DNA of 64,000 nucleotides. It comes from Macrostomum lignano. Its lineage: Eukaryota. This document shows positions 16,306-29,295 of this stretch, in pieces. The notes beneath the pieces were generated by a model. That model had not been told where the DNA came from and did not search any database. It was given only the letters and a program-made list of their open reading frames with translations. The stretch spans positions 276,428 to 340,427 of the forward strand of contig NIVC01001190.1 of assembly GCA_002269645.1 (NCBI GenBank). The letters run 5' to 3'. The position numbers and the translations under genes were made by a program. Position 1 is the first letter of the stretch. Every line of letters starts with the position of its first letter.

Positions 16306-17300
16306 TATTAGACCCACATGAATAGAAGCCACAGATGCCACATTGAAGAGGTTGAAGGGTGCATAAGTTGAGCTCCTGTCTTTCGTGGAGCTTGTTTGAC
16401 CTCCTGTAGTTTTCTAAATAGCGCAGTTTTTTCGGGGAGATTAAAAGAGGTTGTTGAAGCCCCCCCCATTTCCCCTTCTCCCTTTGATCGGTGCGAGCGT
16501 AGAAGTGATAAATTTTTACTTTCTTTTCTGCTTTGCTATCGTTAATTTTTTACGTCAACTTTCTTTTTTGTGTTCTATCGTGAAAATAAACAGGTATCTG
16601 CAGTTTTCTGTCTATTAGACAGCCGGTTTTTGTGACTTTGTGAATTTGTGACTTTGAGGCAATGAATGAATTATTGACACACGTTCATCGAGTTGAATGA
16701 TTTTGCACAGACTCAATAGGCTTTTAGGGATAGAACTCCTCATTAGGTGGAATTTCGTGCGTTTCAACACGCAAGGGCTGGTTGCAATTAGCAAAGCTCC
16801 ATGACTTCTACAAGCTGATGAAGCGCTTAAATATGCTATGTGTAACAATGCCGCCACAAAACCCGGCAATGTGGAGCCTCCCATATTTTCAGTTTCGAGA
16901 GCTGCAGTTAGCGACGCTAGTTTAAGAAAAACCGGAAAACTGCATCCCAGATGCGCACACGCACTGCTGTACTGACAATGGGTTTGAAAAAGTCTTTACT
17001 GTTCAATGCGCCAACGCTCCGGTTAGACATAAGGCCCCAGAATCGATGAAACTTCCTTTAATTGGCTTCTATTCATTTGAAGCAGCTTGCGCGAAATTAC
17101 CGTCCTTAAATGCAGCTGCGCCTTTGTTAATGAGGAGATTTTAGGAGGCCTGCTTTGGAAACGCATCGACTCAAGCAGTTCAATAGCAACAACAGGTGCT
17201 TTAGGGAGGTAAAAGCGTTGAGACAAAGCCAGCAACCAGAGACAGTCGGTTTTTAGGCGAGGCAACTAAAATCGAGCGGATTCATAACCTTGCCTGCAGC

Positions 17301-20300
17301 ATGTCCGCTTTTCTTGTCGCCGTTGCTGCGTGTCTAATCGACGGGACTCCGTTTTTGACTGGGGCTGGAGCAGAAGCCGGTAAGTTCCATTGTACATTAT
17401 AGTTGACAGTTCAATATTTTTATCATTTTTACGCATATACTGAAGTATTAGCAATTCATGCCGTTTATTTTTTCTGAGCTCACTGCACGTATCCGATATG
17501 CTGTAGCGACGCCTAAAAGCTCCATCAACCCTGGGCCAGAAGAAAGTTCATTTCTACGTTTCAGTGTTTTCTACCGACGAGATTTTGCAAACCACGACGG
17601 CTCCGATGACGTCACAGCCTGGACGCAGCGCTGTAGACTGCGCCTTTAAATGCGAGTTCTCGCCCGAAAGAGACTGCTCCTCTGTCGTCTTTGTTCCTGA
17701 GACGAAGCTCTGCCTCCTTTCCGAGCTGCAGAATGCCGAATTCGCGGCTGTCGCTCCCACTGGTCTGGTCTATCGAAAGAAACTGGACAGTAAGTTGAAG
17801 TTTATTCGACCTTATTGGAACAAACGACTTAAAATTATCAATAGATTGAGGCACTAGTACCTGCGAGCTCGTTGGTAACAAGGCTTTTTATTAGAGAATC
17901 TTCGGTTCGTTATTTTTAGAGGGGCCAATCCACATTGACGGCCGGACATTCCAAGTGATCCAGCACAGATCGAAGGGCGTGCTGAGCTTTGCTCGAGGCT
18001 GGACTCAGTATGAGGATGGCTTTGGAGACGATACGGACTTCTGGATTGGTGAGTGTCACGTTATTTGATGTTGGCCGTGACCCTTAAAAGGGCCGTTTTA
18101 GTCCCAAAATAAGTTGAAGTCAACTTAGGCGAAGTGAATGGTGTAGCGGAGCACTTGGCAATAAGGGCAGGAAACTGCCGTAGTCGTTTTTATTATCAAT
18201 ATAAATAGTAAGTTTGGTTGTTACTGGCAAATAACAAACTATGGCTTTCTGGGCACTGGCGGCTGCAACAATGGTTTCTTTTTTGAAGATAAATTGGATG
18301 TGAGTTCAAGCGACAGACGAGTGATGTAATGGCGACGTAACGTGATGATCAATGGCAATGAGTACAGTGAAGGCAGTGAGACGTAGTAGGCAGGCAGATG
18401 AGCAGTGGCGAGGTTGGCGTCAGCCGTGGCGTGAGGTAAGGAGGCTCGAGGCAGCCAGACAGAGAGAAGGAAAACACACACAAGGCCAAGGACAGACGGG
18501 GAGAGAGAGCGAGGGAGAGAGAGGAGAGTGGAGTGCCCGCCGCCAGGCGGGAGGGGGGGTTTAATAAAGGAGCGCAGAGGGGGGTAGCGCGAAGCACGAG
18601 TGGTTTTCATTGGCTGGCGAGAGAACTTAAAATTATCGATCGTGCCAATTTTATACGGTCGCGAGAGAGGATAGCAAAATATACAGTGAATTAGAAATTG
18701 CCACAAAATCGTTGGGCACTACTACAAGTAAACGTCGCAATAAACAAATGGAAAAGTTTAGTTGAAACGGTGAAACTGAAGGGTTGAAACTATAGAGAAA
18801 CAGCAGTCCAACGGCCCTTTTCGGGACCACCTTAAACTGACAACGTCACAGTGAGCACTGAGTCACTCAAAAAGATGAGGCCAAGCGTCTTGTAATTTCA
18901 TTTTGATTTTTTAATATCAGATTTTACTAAATGTAAAAAATTGAAAACTCTCTTTTAGTCTTTTTAGTGTTCAAAAATCGAAAACTAAAAAATCTTTAAC
19001 TTGATCCTGTCGGTTTGTAACAGATTGCTCCACGAAATGAGCTCAAAATCAATATACGAGTATGCACGGAAACTGTGATGCAATAAGGAACTTTAAAATT
19101 CAAAACAGTGTGCTCTATTTCGTCATATATGTTCTTAAAAAAATTAATATTGTAACGGAACTTTATGTCCGGCTCTCCTGTCTGTTTCTACGATCAAAGA
19201 TGCTGGTGTCTTTCGTGCTGATTTTCTGAGCTGAGAGAGTGCGGAATAGTCAACGTAAATTACAATTTCGTGGCTGTCACTACCATATCACTCACTGTCG
19301 CACCTTTCCTAGATTACCTCTGGAGACAGTGAAGCAGCGAAATGTTAAAATTCCTCGGAATCAATTTGAAATCTGTTTTTGAACAGCAGTGGTAGGGTGG
19401 CTTACAGTAGTCCACGAAGTACTAAATTATGTTTACCTTCTCTTGTGTATCCGTCTAGTCTGAGGGAAAGTGGAATTTCCCGTAATTTCCCGAAGTAGCC
19501 TTTACTGTAGAAATCAGTTGTGATACCTTCAGTTGCAAGTGATACCTAATCGTCAATTATATGAGCAATTCATATCAAGAACAGTCAGCTCTGGTCTCAG
19601 AATGCCTCAGTATTTCTGTTAAAATGATGCAGAAGTATGTTCATGCTTGCGACATCATGATACGATGAGGAATGCAAAAATAGTCTCACAATGCACAAGG
19701 TCTAAAAACGACCTCATATTCATATTAATAGTGAAACTTCCGCTAGATATCTTTTAAAGCATTTAGAGTTTCTGTTCCTTTTGAAATACTGAATCATTTT
19801 ATTGTAACTGTAAGTAGTAAATTCGAATAGTTATTTAAAACAAGCTGCATGTAATAGCCAAGCAAACATATAGCTCGTATGGCCGATAACACTTAAAATT
19901 TTCAGGACTTCGCAAAATCCACGAGCTGACCGGAAGCTCGCCGAAGCTACTGCGAGTTGAAGCCGTCACCTGGTCGGATGAGCTGTACGTCTGCGAGTAC
20001 TCCGGCTTCACGGTGGCCGATGCCAGCACGAACTACACCATGACCTACACTTCGTATCTGAGCGGCAGCTCCAACACGACCAGCGACTCGCTTGCTGCCA
20101 ACAAGGGGATGCAGTTCTCCACCATGGACCGCGACAACGACAACTATGGATCTTCTTGTTCCAACCGACGTGGAAATTCCGGTTTGTGGTATAATGGCTG
20201 CTCTAGGTCTAATCCCAACGGAGTTTATCGCTACTCAGCAGGGACTGATGAAGAATTCATGCACTGGGCAGGTGCTACATCTGAGAATTTTATCGCGCTA

Positions 20301-20333
20301 AAAAGTGTTCGCCTGATGCTCCAGTGGCCCTAA
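17301..20333 (+). CDS. PAN + FReD protein, copy B (286 aa); exons 17301-17379, 17565-17789, 17920-18048, 19906-20333
   Basis: Same exon sizes as copy A (79/225/129/428), canonical splice sites and an open frame. Intron 3 is expanded to 1857 bp. Confidence 0.9.
18066..18850. mobile_element. Possible non-autonomous DNA element (MITE-like) in intron 3 of copy B
   Basis: Imperfect inverted ends share AAAAGGGCCGTT (~18087 and ~18811-18822); the right end is GGGACCACC-TTAA. It accounts for part of the intron expansion. Confidence 0.35.
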
Positions 20334-20925
20334 CTTTTTCAATGTTCAGTTTTGATGAATAAGTTTTGATTGAGAAACAGACTATCAAATTTTCACATCC
20401 AGACAGTTTCTATAAAAAACGGAGAAAAACTGAGTTATATATACACAATAATCTGCTGATCCCCATTAACTTTGAGAGCAAAACTCCTTCGTTCTTCGTA
20501 GCTTTTAAAGTACTCAATGAATTTTGATAATTTTGTGCGTTCAGCGCAAACAATGAATACAATTCTGACAAGCGGAATGAAAGCTTCATTGTGCCGCATA
20601 TTTAGCATACCGCAATGCCTTTCTGCTTGCAGTTCCATATGGTCTCTCTGCCTCAAACTTCAATTATAACAATGGGTGCCATGGGACTACTTGTATATGA
20701 CAAATTGACATGCCAAATTATTGAAAATGCCTTAAGAATGGTATGCTTAGTCTTATTAAGAATATGGCTAAAAAATAAACAAAAAAATATAGACATACTG
20801 TATTCATCTAATCTCAATACATGTAGTGTAACTCTGTCTCACTCGGAGATCAATATTTCGGGCTAATTCCCTCCGTTCTCTCTGAAAAATGTACAAATTT
20901 CTCTTATATGAGAGAAGCTAAGCCG

Positions 20926-21205
20926 AGCCTGTCTAACTGGTAAACCTGCCTGTCTAACTGGTAAACCTTGCCTGTCTAACTGGTAAACCTGCCTGTCTAA
21001 CTGGTAAACCAGCCTGTCTAACTGGTAAACCTGCCTGTCTAACTGGTAAACCAGCCTGTCTAACTGGTAAACCTGCCTGTCTAACTGGTAAACCAGCCTG
21101 TCTAACTGGTAAACCTGCCTGTCTAACTGTAAACCTGCCTGTCTAGCTGGTAAACCTGCCTGTCTAACTGGTAAACCAGCCTGTCTAACTGGTAAATCTG
21201 CTGGC
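20926..21205. repeat. 21-bp minisatellite (CCTGTCTAACTGGTAAACCTG)n
   Basis: About 13 units, with CCTG/CCAG alternation. Confidence 0.95.
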
Positions 21206-22191
21206 ATTATAAATCCTCTGAATAAAGTTTTAGGCGCTAGTCCTCACTATTCAACTTGCTCAGCTTCGGTCAGGCAAGAGGCCACAGAAACGATAGATTT
21301 TCCCTTAATTGGCTTATGTTCATTTTGAGTAGATGTAGGGCAGAATTCCTATTTTTGAATGCAGCTTCGTCTTTGCTAAAAAAGTAATTTTGCATGTAGG
21401 TGGCCTGCCTTAGAAACACATCGACTCAAGCGCGGTTTGCTGTGCTGCAGAAAAAACAAATCACCAGTTCAAACTCAATTGAAAGATCAGAATGCTTAAA
21501 GTTCAGATTTTACTTCAAAGGGTAACTGTTAAAATTAGGATACAACCTCACACATTTCTAATAAATAGGTTTATATCGTTTGATTCAGTTCTTACAATTT
21601 GAGTTAGATATAATAGAGAATAATATTTTAAGGCTTAACCTAACACATTGTTAAAGTTCTTAGTGCTGAGGCAAATAAGCCCCATTGTCTAAAGATCTTG
21701 TCTAAAGCTAGAAATCAAGCAGCGTGCACCTTTCTAGAATTTTCTCCAGCTAAAAGCTGCTCGAATGCTTTTCGTGTGCACATGCTTAATTTGGCAATTT
21801 CTCGACAGTGCCGAGCTCCAGAAAGGGATGATGAAACTTGAGAAAGTTTCTCAAATCTGGTGCTTGCGTTTGAAGGGGAAAAAGAGGGATGGGGCAACAG
21901 GAGTGAAGCATCTGCGTATGCCGTCTTGTGAGTTATCTCCCGCCCACAAGGTAGCTACTACAATCAGAAGATCAAGTCGTTTGAGTCTGTAAAACATCTG
22001 GTTAATGGGCAAACTGAATCAAGCCCAGGCGCCTCGCCACCGGGGGGGGGATGGAACAGGGGAGACATGCCCCCCCCCCAGTAAAAGCTCTGGGGGGACA
22101 TGCCAATTCTTTGTCCCCCCCACCCCACCTTGCGACTCGTCAAAAATAAATAATTTTTCTTCAGGGCGTCAAAATATAGCGCCTTCGGCGC

Positions 22192-22792
22192 TAAAATGAG
22201 TGCCTGCGGCGCCAAAATGAGTGCCTGCGGCGCCAAAATGAGTGCCTGCGGCGCTAATAGGAATGCCTGCGGCGCCAAAATGAGTGCCTGCGGCGCCAAA
22301 ATGAGTGCCTGCGGCGCCAAAATGAGTGCCTGCGGCGCCAAAATGAGTGCCTGCGGCGCTAATAGGAATGCCTGCGGCGCCAAAATGAGTGCCTGCGGCG
22401 CCAAAATGTGTGCCTGCGGTGCCAAAATGAGTGCCTGCGGCGCTAATAGGAATGCCTGCGGCGCCAAAATGAGTGCCTGCGGCGCCAAAATGAGTGCCTG
22501 CGGCGCCAAAATGAGTGCCTGCGGCGCTAATAGGAATGCCTGCGGCGCCAAAATGAGTGCCTGCGGCGCCAAAATGAGTGCCTGCGGCGCCAAAATGAGT
22601 GCCTGCGGCGCCAAAATGAGTGCCTGCGGCGCTAATAGGAATGCCTGCGGCGCCAAAATGAGTGCCTGCGGCGCCAAAATGTGTGCCTGCGGTGCCAAAA
22701 TGTGTGCCTGCGGCGACAAAATAAGTGCCGGCGGCGCCAAAATGAGTGCCTGCGGCGCCAAAATGAGTGCCTGCGGCGCCAAAATGAGTGCT
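22192..22792. repeat. 21-bp GC-rich minisatellite (GCCTGCGGCGCCAAAATGAGT)n
   Basis: About 28 units with a periodic variant, GCCTGCGGCGCTAATAGGAAT. Confidence 0.96.
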
Positions 22793-23589
22793 GACAACAC
22801 GATTCTCAAAATAATAGAAATGTACTAATTTAGTCATGTACATGTTGAATTCTTGACTTCGTCACCCCACCATAAAGGCAATGGCGACGTCCCTGATCAA
22901 GCCGTTTCAATTTTAAGAAAAAATCTGCGTTCTGTCTTCTGTTTTCAATCAAAGACTTTTTCGAAGCCTTCTTAGTCCAATATTGATAATAAACAACAGA
23001 ATTTCAGTATCCTAGGACTTGAGTCTCAAAACTCGAGATAGAATTTTTGTATCATGAAATTTTATATTTTTGGGTACTGCTGCACCGTCCACATTATTTT
23101 TGTCTTGTCGATCTGAAGGTCTCCTGTGCTGAATCTCGCTCTTTGGGGGCAGGTAGTCGAGAAGTTATAGGACTACCCGACCATCAGTAGTTGCAATTCC
23201 CTTCATTACTTGTTATCGACAGGGCAGCACAGAGACTTCTACAGATAAAAAACGGAAACGCACATTTTGAAATTGATGCGAAAAAATGCATTTCTATTCT
23301 TACGTTTCACTGCTAGATTTGCATTGTTAATGCAATGCTATACATTTACCTTAATCGATGCAAGATTTCAAGGAAACTGGCTTGCTAGAAAAATGTCTAG
23401 AAAGGTACCGGTATAACTGCAGTGACTTCCGCTGCGCTAGAAGCTTTAGTTTAAAAAAAGTTGAGCGATAGACAAGAATAGGGAAGTAACCAAGTCTCGT
23501 TGGAGACATTCATTCTGTTTACTCAACCCAGAATGAATTAAAAAAAAGAGTTAAAAAAGTCAGCAGCTGACTATCTATATAAGATCGAC

Positions 23590-23690
23590 AGCGATAGGGA
23601 CTGGCTGACGGAGCTGTCTGCCCCTCCATCAGGTGCTGAGCACTCAGCATGCAATGAATCCTCATTGCCGTTGCTGTCGCTCTCTGAAAT
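23590..23690 (+). pseudogene. Truncated duplicate of the 5' region and exon 1 of PAN-FReD copy C
   Basis: Matches 24060-24160 (GCGATA.GGACTGGCTGAC...CCATCAGGTGC.GAGCACTC.GCATG...ATTGCCGTTGCTGTCGCTCTCTG), but reads ATG CAA TGA and has no donor site. Confidence 0.75.
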
Positions 23691-24120
23691 TTCTTTGCAA
23701 AAAACAAAGTGCTCTCTAGTGCTCTTCATAGAAATCCGAAGTCAATTAATGCCCACCAATGGATGCGTGATACATACACATGACTTATTAACTGCAGACA
23801 GTAAGTGGACTAACTGCAGAAATAGAGCAGAATTTTCAGTTACAGAACTGGCCTTGTCTTCCGCTTTGCAAACAAACTCTGTTTCAGAGCAGCACTGCTG
23901 GACAGTCCAGAACAATGGAAGAGAAAAAGTCTCATTGGCCAACAAGTCGGTGTTAACTCAGCCCCAGTTCACTTCTGTTGATTCCTCAATCCTAGGTATG
24001 CATTGGCAACATGTCAGTCAATATCTCCTGTTTTTTAGAATCTCTATAAAACAGGAACGAAAGCGATAAGGACTGGCTGACAGCGCTGTCTGTGCCTCCA
24101 TCAGGTGCAGAGCACTCGGC

Positions 24121-25316
24121 ATGACACCATTCCTTATTGCCGTTGCTGTCGCTCTCTGCAGCGGCTCAACTGTTTGGACTCTGGACAGTGCAGCATCTGG
24201 TAAGTCAAGCTTTTTGAATGAGTGTGGAAGTACTTCAGTAGTTGTTAAGAAGGTTTAAATTCATGCGATTTGCAGTGTTTTCTCAAGAGGAAGTTGCGCA
24301 CACCACACCTGCTCCGATTCACCACGAGCCCGGTCGAAGCGTTGCTGACTGCGCACTGAAATGCGAGCAGCCCATCGTGAAGTTCTGCTCCGCCTTCGCC
24401 TTCGTGCCAGAGAAGAAGCTCTGCCTGCTCTCCGAGATACCGACTGCCGATTTTGCACCTGTCGCTCCTGGTGAACTGGTTTATCGAAAGCTTATGGCTA
24501 GTAAGTTTTTATGTCGAGCCTGTGTTCACTAATAATAAAATGAATAGCTGTGAATTCTCAAAAATTGTGAAAATAATAAGTCGCTAAACGGTAGCTAAAA
24601 TCAATCGCTTTGATTAATAAATGAATTCACTAGTTCACGCACCGCTAGACACACTTAAACATTGTTTGCTTTTTTGATATATCAGAACGAATCGTCCAAA
24701 TCAACGGACTAGAATTCCAAGTGATTCAGCACAGGTCGAAGGGCGAGCTGAGCTTTGCTCGCAGCTGGACTGAGTATGAGAACGGCTTTGGAGACGATAC
24801 GGACTTCTGGATTGGTGAGCAGGACACTTTAGCTTTACCAAACACTAATCGAATCAATAAAGACTTATGGATAATTTCATTTTTTTCATTTCAGGCCTTC
24901 AAAAAATCCACGAGCTGACCGGAAGCTCGCCGAAGCTTCTGCGAGTCGAGGCCGTCACCTGGTCGGATGAGCTGTACGTCTGCGAGTACTCCGGCTTCAC
25001 GGTGGCCGATGCCAGCACGAACTACACCATGACTGGCATTTCGTACCTGAGCGGCAGCTCCAACACGACTGCCGATTCGTTCACTTTTAACAGGGGGATG
25101 CAGTTCTCCACCATGGACCGGGACAACGACCAATTTGGAAATCATTGTTCCAGCAGCTTTGGAAACTCCGGTTGGTGGTTCAAAAGCTGCTCGCATACCA
25201 ACCCAAACGGTATCTATTATAGCACTGCTATGACTAAAACAAATGCAATGCACTGGGCTAGTGCTACATCCGGGAATGGTGTTGCACTGAAGAGCATTCG
25301 ATTGATGATCCGTTAG
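24121..25316 (+). CDS. PAN + FReD protein, copy C (284 aa); exons 24121-24199, 24276-24500, 24686-24814, 24895-25316
   Basis: Exons of 79/225/129/422 nt, GT..AG introns, total 855 nt in frame, same motifs as copy A. Confidence 0.92.
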
Positions 25317-26019
25317 GTTTGATGATAATTAGCAGTCACCTACCTACGTTGAGCTGGAGCCAACTATTTTAATAACATCAAACTGGTATCTCACGTGGCA
25401 GTTGAGCAATCCAACTCACTCAAGACTATAACCGTACGAGAAAATAAGTGTAAGTGAGCTTTAGTAGGAAACATTACCAAGGAGCTGTAATCCATTGATG
25501 CGAGCGTTGCGGTTTACGATCGTGAAACTTTTTTGACTCTTAATATTCAAGCTTAGGCAGTAACTCAGTACGTCAGTCTAATGAAAAATTACTGATAAAA
25601 TGCATTCGTTTTTTGTTCAGAAAAAGTTGTCAAGTTTCTTAAAAACAATGTATTCCTGTCTATTTCTGTGTATCTGTGAACCTCTACACTTTGTATGACA
25701 AACGTTCCTTCTCGCTTTCTCACTTTCTCAAAAAATCACAACTGCGGTACTCAAAAAACCTTTAACCTCATACTGAAAAAAATCTAAAAATTTAAGCTTT
25801 TCAAAAAATCTTTTGATTATTGAAAAAATCATTTTCTAACCCGTGCGTTTCTAATTCATATTCATATTTTTGCTAACCGTCCAAGACTCCGAAGTCCATA
25901 AACTGAAACTAAGTTTTTCGTTATGTAAATTTCTCTTGTTCTTAGCCTAATGTATTCCACACTGTACCACTAATCTACCCCGCAAGTGTTTTGGTAGCAG
26001 ATAATCTCAGTAAGTATTC

Positions 26020-26455
26020 TCCGCTGCCATAGCAGCACTGTCCAGATTCCCCGCTACCATAGACAGCACTCTCCATATTTTCCCCGCTGCCATAGACAGC
26101 ACTCTCCATATTCTCCCCGCTGCCATAGACAGCACTCTCCATATTCCCCGCTCCCATAGACAGCACTCTCCATATTCTCCCCGCCGCCATAGACAGCACT
26201 CTCCATATTCTCCCCGCTGCCATAGACAGCACTCTCCATATTCTCCCCGCTGCCATATACAGCACTCTCCATATTCCCCGCTCCCATAGACAGCACTCTC
26301 CATATTCCGAGATGCCATAGACAGCACTCTCCATATTCCGAGATGCCATGGACAGCACTCTTCATATTCCGAGATGCCATAGACAGCAATCTCCATATTC
26401 CGAGCTGCCATAGACAGCAATCTCCATATTCCGAGCTGCCATAGACAGCACTCCA
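26020..26455. repeat. 31-33-bp minisatellite (GCCATAGACAGCACTCTCCATATTCTCCCCGCT / ...ATTCCGAGAT)
   Basis: About 13 units in two sub-blocks. Confidence 0.92.
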
Positions 26456-27189
26456 GTCCTGGCTTGCATGGAATACATTTTATTGATACTATTCCACTGA
26501 ATCAAGAAGAGTGTCTGTGCAGAATATTCGAGGCGAAAATAAAGGACATATATCCAAGGCAAGCTTAAATTTACTCAACTCATTATATCCCTTTTATCTG
26601 TTTTAGCTGTTCTATCTATCTGTTTTAGCTGTTCTATCATCTCAACCTACTTGCCTATATTACGTTTTTATTACCATTCACTTTTCTTGAATGCAAGACG
26701 TTCTATAAAAATAAACTGATAAAGTCTTTAAACTTGACCTATCAACGGCATAAGCAAAATGATCTACCATCAGAGCCAAAATCTGTTTGCTGTTTGATTA
26801 TTACTGTTGAGTTCCTGGCGATCAAAGACTACGAATATTTCGACTATTACGTTGCAATACAGAACCATAAATTCCGGGGTAAATATATTCAACAGCTTAA
26901 CCAACCCACCTCCAACTCACACTGTCACGCGGCAAAAAAGTTAAACAATGCATTTAATGCTAGTTCAGTATCGTGTGCAGGAACCACGAGTGACTCGTCG
27001 TTGGCTCGATGGGGTTTATTTCTAGAGAGACCTTGACTGTCATTGTGTGGCACAGGGGCGTTGCCATGGATTTTATGTGTGGGGACGAAGCCAAGAATTC
27101 TACATGCACAGGATTTAATTCGTAAATGCGCATTGTTTTGAGAATCGGTATCGTTAGCGCTCATTTCGGCACCGTAGGCACTTGTATTG

Positions 27190-27760
27190 GCGCCGCAGGC
27201 AGGCACTCATTTTGGCGCCGCAGGGAGGCACTCATTTTGGCGCCGCAGGCAGGCACTCATTTTGGCGCCGCAGGGAGGCACTCATTTTGGCGCCGCAGGC
27301 AGGCACTCATTTTGGCGCCGCAGGGAGGCACTCATTTTGGCGCCGCAGGCAGGCACTCATTTTGGCGCCGCAGGCAGGCACTCATTTTGGCGCCACAGGC
27401 AGGCACTCATTTTGGCGCCGCAGGGAGGCACTCATATTGGCGCCGCAGGGAGGCACTCATTTTGGCGCCGCAGGCAGGCACTCATTTTGGCGCCGCAGGG
27501 AGGCACTCATTTTGGCGCCGCAGGGAGGCACTCATTTTGGCGCCGCAGGGAGGCACTCATTTTGGCGCCGCAGGCAGGCACTCATATTGGCGCCGCAGGG
27601 AGGCACTCATTTTGGCGCCGCAGGCAGGCACTCATATTGGCGCCGCAGGCAGGCACTCATTTTGGCGCCGCAGGGAGGCAATCGTTTTGGCGCCGCAGGG
27701 AGGCACTCATTTTGGCGCCGCAGGCAGGCAATCGTTTTGGCGCCGCAGGGAGGCGCTCAT
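27190..27760. repeat. 25-bp minisatellite (GGCACTCATTTTGGCGCCGCAGGCA)n, an inverted relative of the array at 22192
   Basis: The core ACTCATTTTGGCGCCGCAGGC is the exact reverse complement of the 21-bp unit at 22192. Confidence 0.95.
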
Positions 27761-29295
27761 TTTGTAGTGGGGGGGGGGGGGTCGGTGTGTCCTTAATTTT
27801 TCAGCTGTTGATTCAGCAGAATTTGTCTAAATCCGCAACTGATCTATTTTTCTGCGAGTACTGCAACACGCTCGTAGTCCATCTAAGCAATCGCTGGACT
27901 AGTAGGCCTGGACTAGCGGAGTCGACCGCGGTTAGTACGCCTATGTACGCTGCAAATATACCTGTAGCGGTTATTTAAAACTATTTAGAGAAGACAATGG
28001 AGTTAGTGCATGAACTTCTTTAACCATAGTCTAAAAAATAATCAGAGATTCATGCCGCATTGCGCTTTGTGAAGATATCATTGATACGTGGCAGGCTGGC
28101 AACCCGCACAGCAAGCAATCTGAAGCCTGCAATCCAATGATTACTCGTAAGATGTCCTCGGTCTTTCCTCTATTGATCTGTAGAATATTTTAAAATGTTG
28201 CGATTGTACATGCATACCACTAAAGGAAAGACTAGATTTGATTTTGTTCCATGATTTTACGGAGGCTTAAACTTTATAGAGTTCTTTTAACAAAAACTGT
28301 TAAGCCAATTTGTAGTGTTCTGTTAGTTTTATTCTCTAAATTGTTAATCGGATTTCTCCGGTCATTTAAATACAATTAAATGCGTAGAGATGCTACACAT
28401 TCTTTACGAGTACATGCAGGCATTTCCCAGTCCTAACAATGAGTTTAACTGCTCCTTTGTAATCTAATCAAAGTCAAGCGACTTTGCCAACAAACAGTCT
28501 GCAGCTAAAATAGACTACCGAGGACGGCCAAGGCATCGAGAGCTGCCCGAGAAGAAGGCCCGCTGTGTCAGCTCAAGCCAAATGGTCTCAAAGTGAGATT
28601 TGATTAAACGACCAAGTCTGCAGGGGAGTCTCCCCCGAGCACAATGGTAGCAGACCTCGGTAACAGGTCAAGAAAGGCGGACGGACTAACTGATAGTTAA
28701 TTATGAGTACACTGCAGCATGCGCACATGGAAATGGCACAGTTTCCTGGAAATGACAGACCGATAATAATTAGTTAATAAGAAGCCTATCGTTTGACGAC
28801 CAATATTACTCAAAAACTGCAGAAACCATTTAAAACGAGAAAAAAACCAATTGATAAACAGGAAAAACTTGTTTAACAATTAGAATTCATAACTGAATAT
28901 ATATAGAGAACGTATTATTTGCTTTATTAACATGTTCATATATAAAATACTTTCAGTCTGGATTTTAATCATCCAAATATGAAAGCTAAATAAATAAACA
29001 TTGATATTATTAACATTTGCTCAAAATAGTTTTTAAGCGCGGAGTCAATTAACAGCCAATAGCATTATTCGTTAAGCATAGCGATTCCCCCTACTTCAAG
29101 TAGCATAGATGACGTTTCATACGAAATTAGGATTATCAAAACAAAAATTACCTGGCAATCAGAAGCCATAGCGAATCAGTTCAGAAGACTTTTGGCCCAA
29201 ATACTTAATTAGTCAAGACTTCAAACTTCCACTTTCCAGGGCTTGCTCCGCCCACCCAAAGAGTCGACAAGACCCGAATTTGTTAAACTTTGCAG

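Noticed and set aside
15637-16321. Multiple ORFs of 96-191 aa
   Set aside because: Translations of the 23-bp minisatellite.
17920-17960. Suspected frameshift in exon 3 of FReD copy B
   Set aside because: Re-reading across the line break gives GAC GGC CGG ACA TTC, which is in frame.
21964-27978. Ala/Gly-rich repetitive ORFs at 21964-22843, 25975-26420 and 27126-27978
   Set aside because: All are minisatellite translations.
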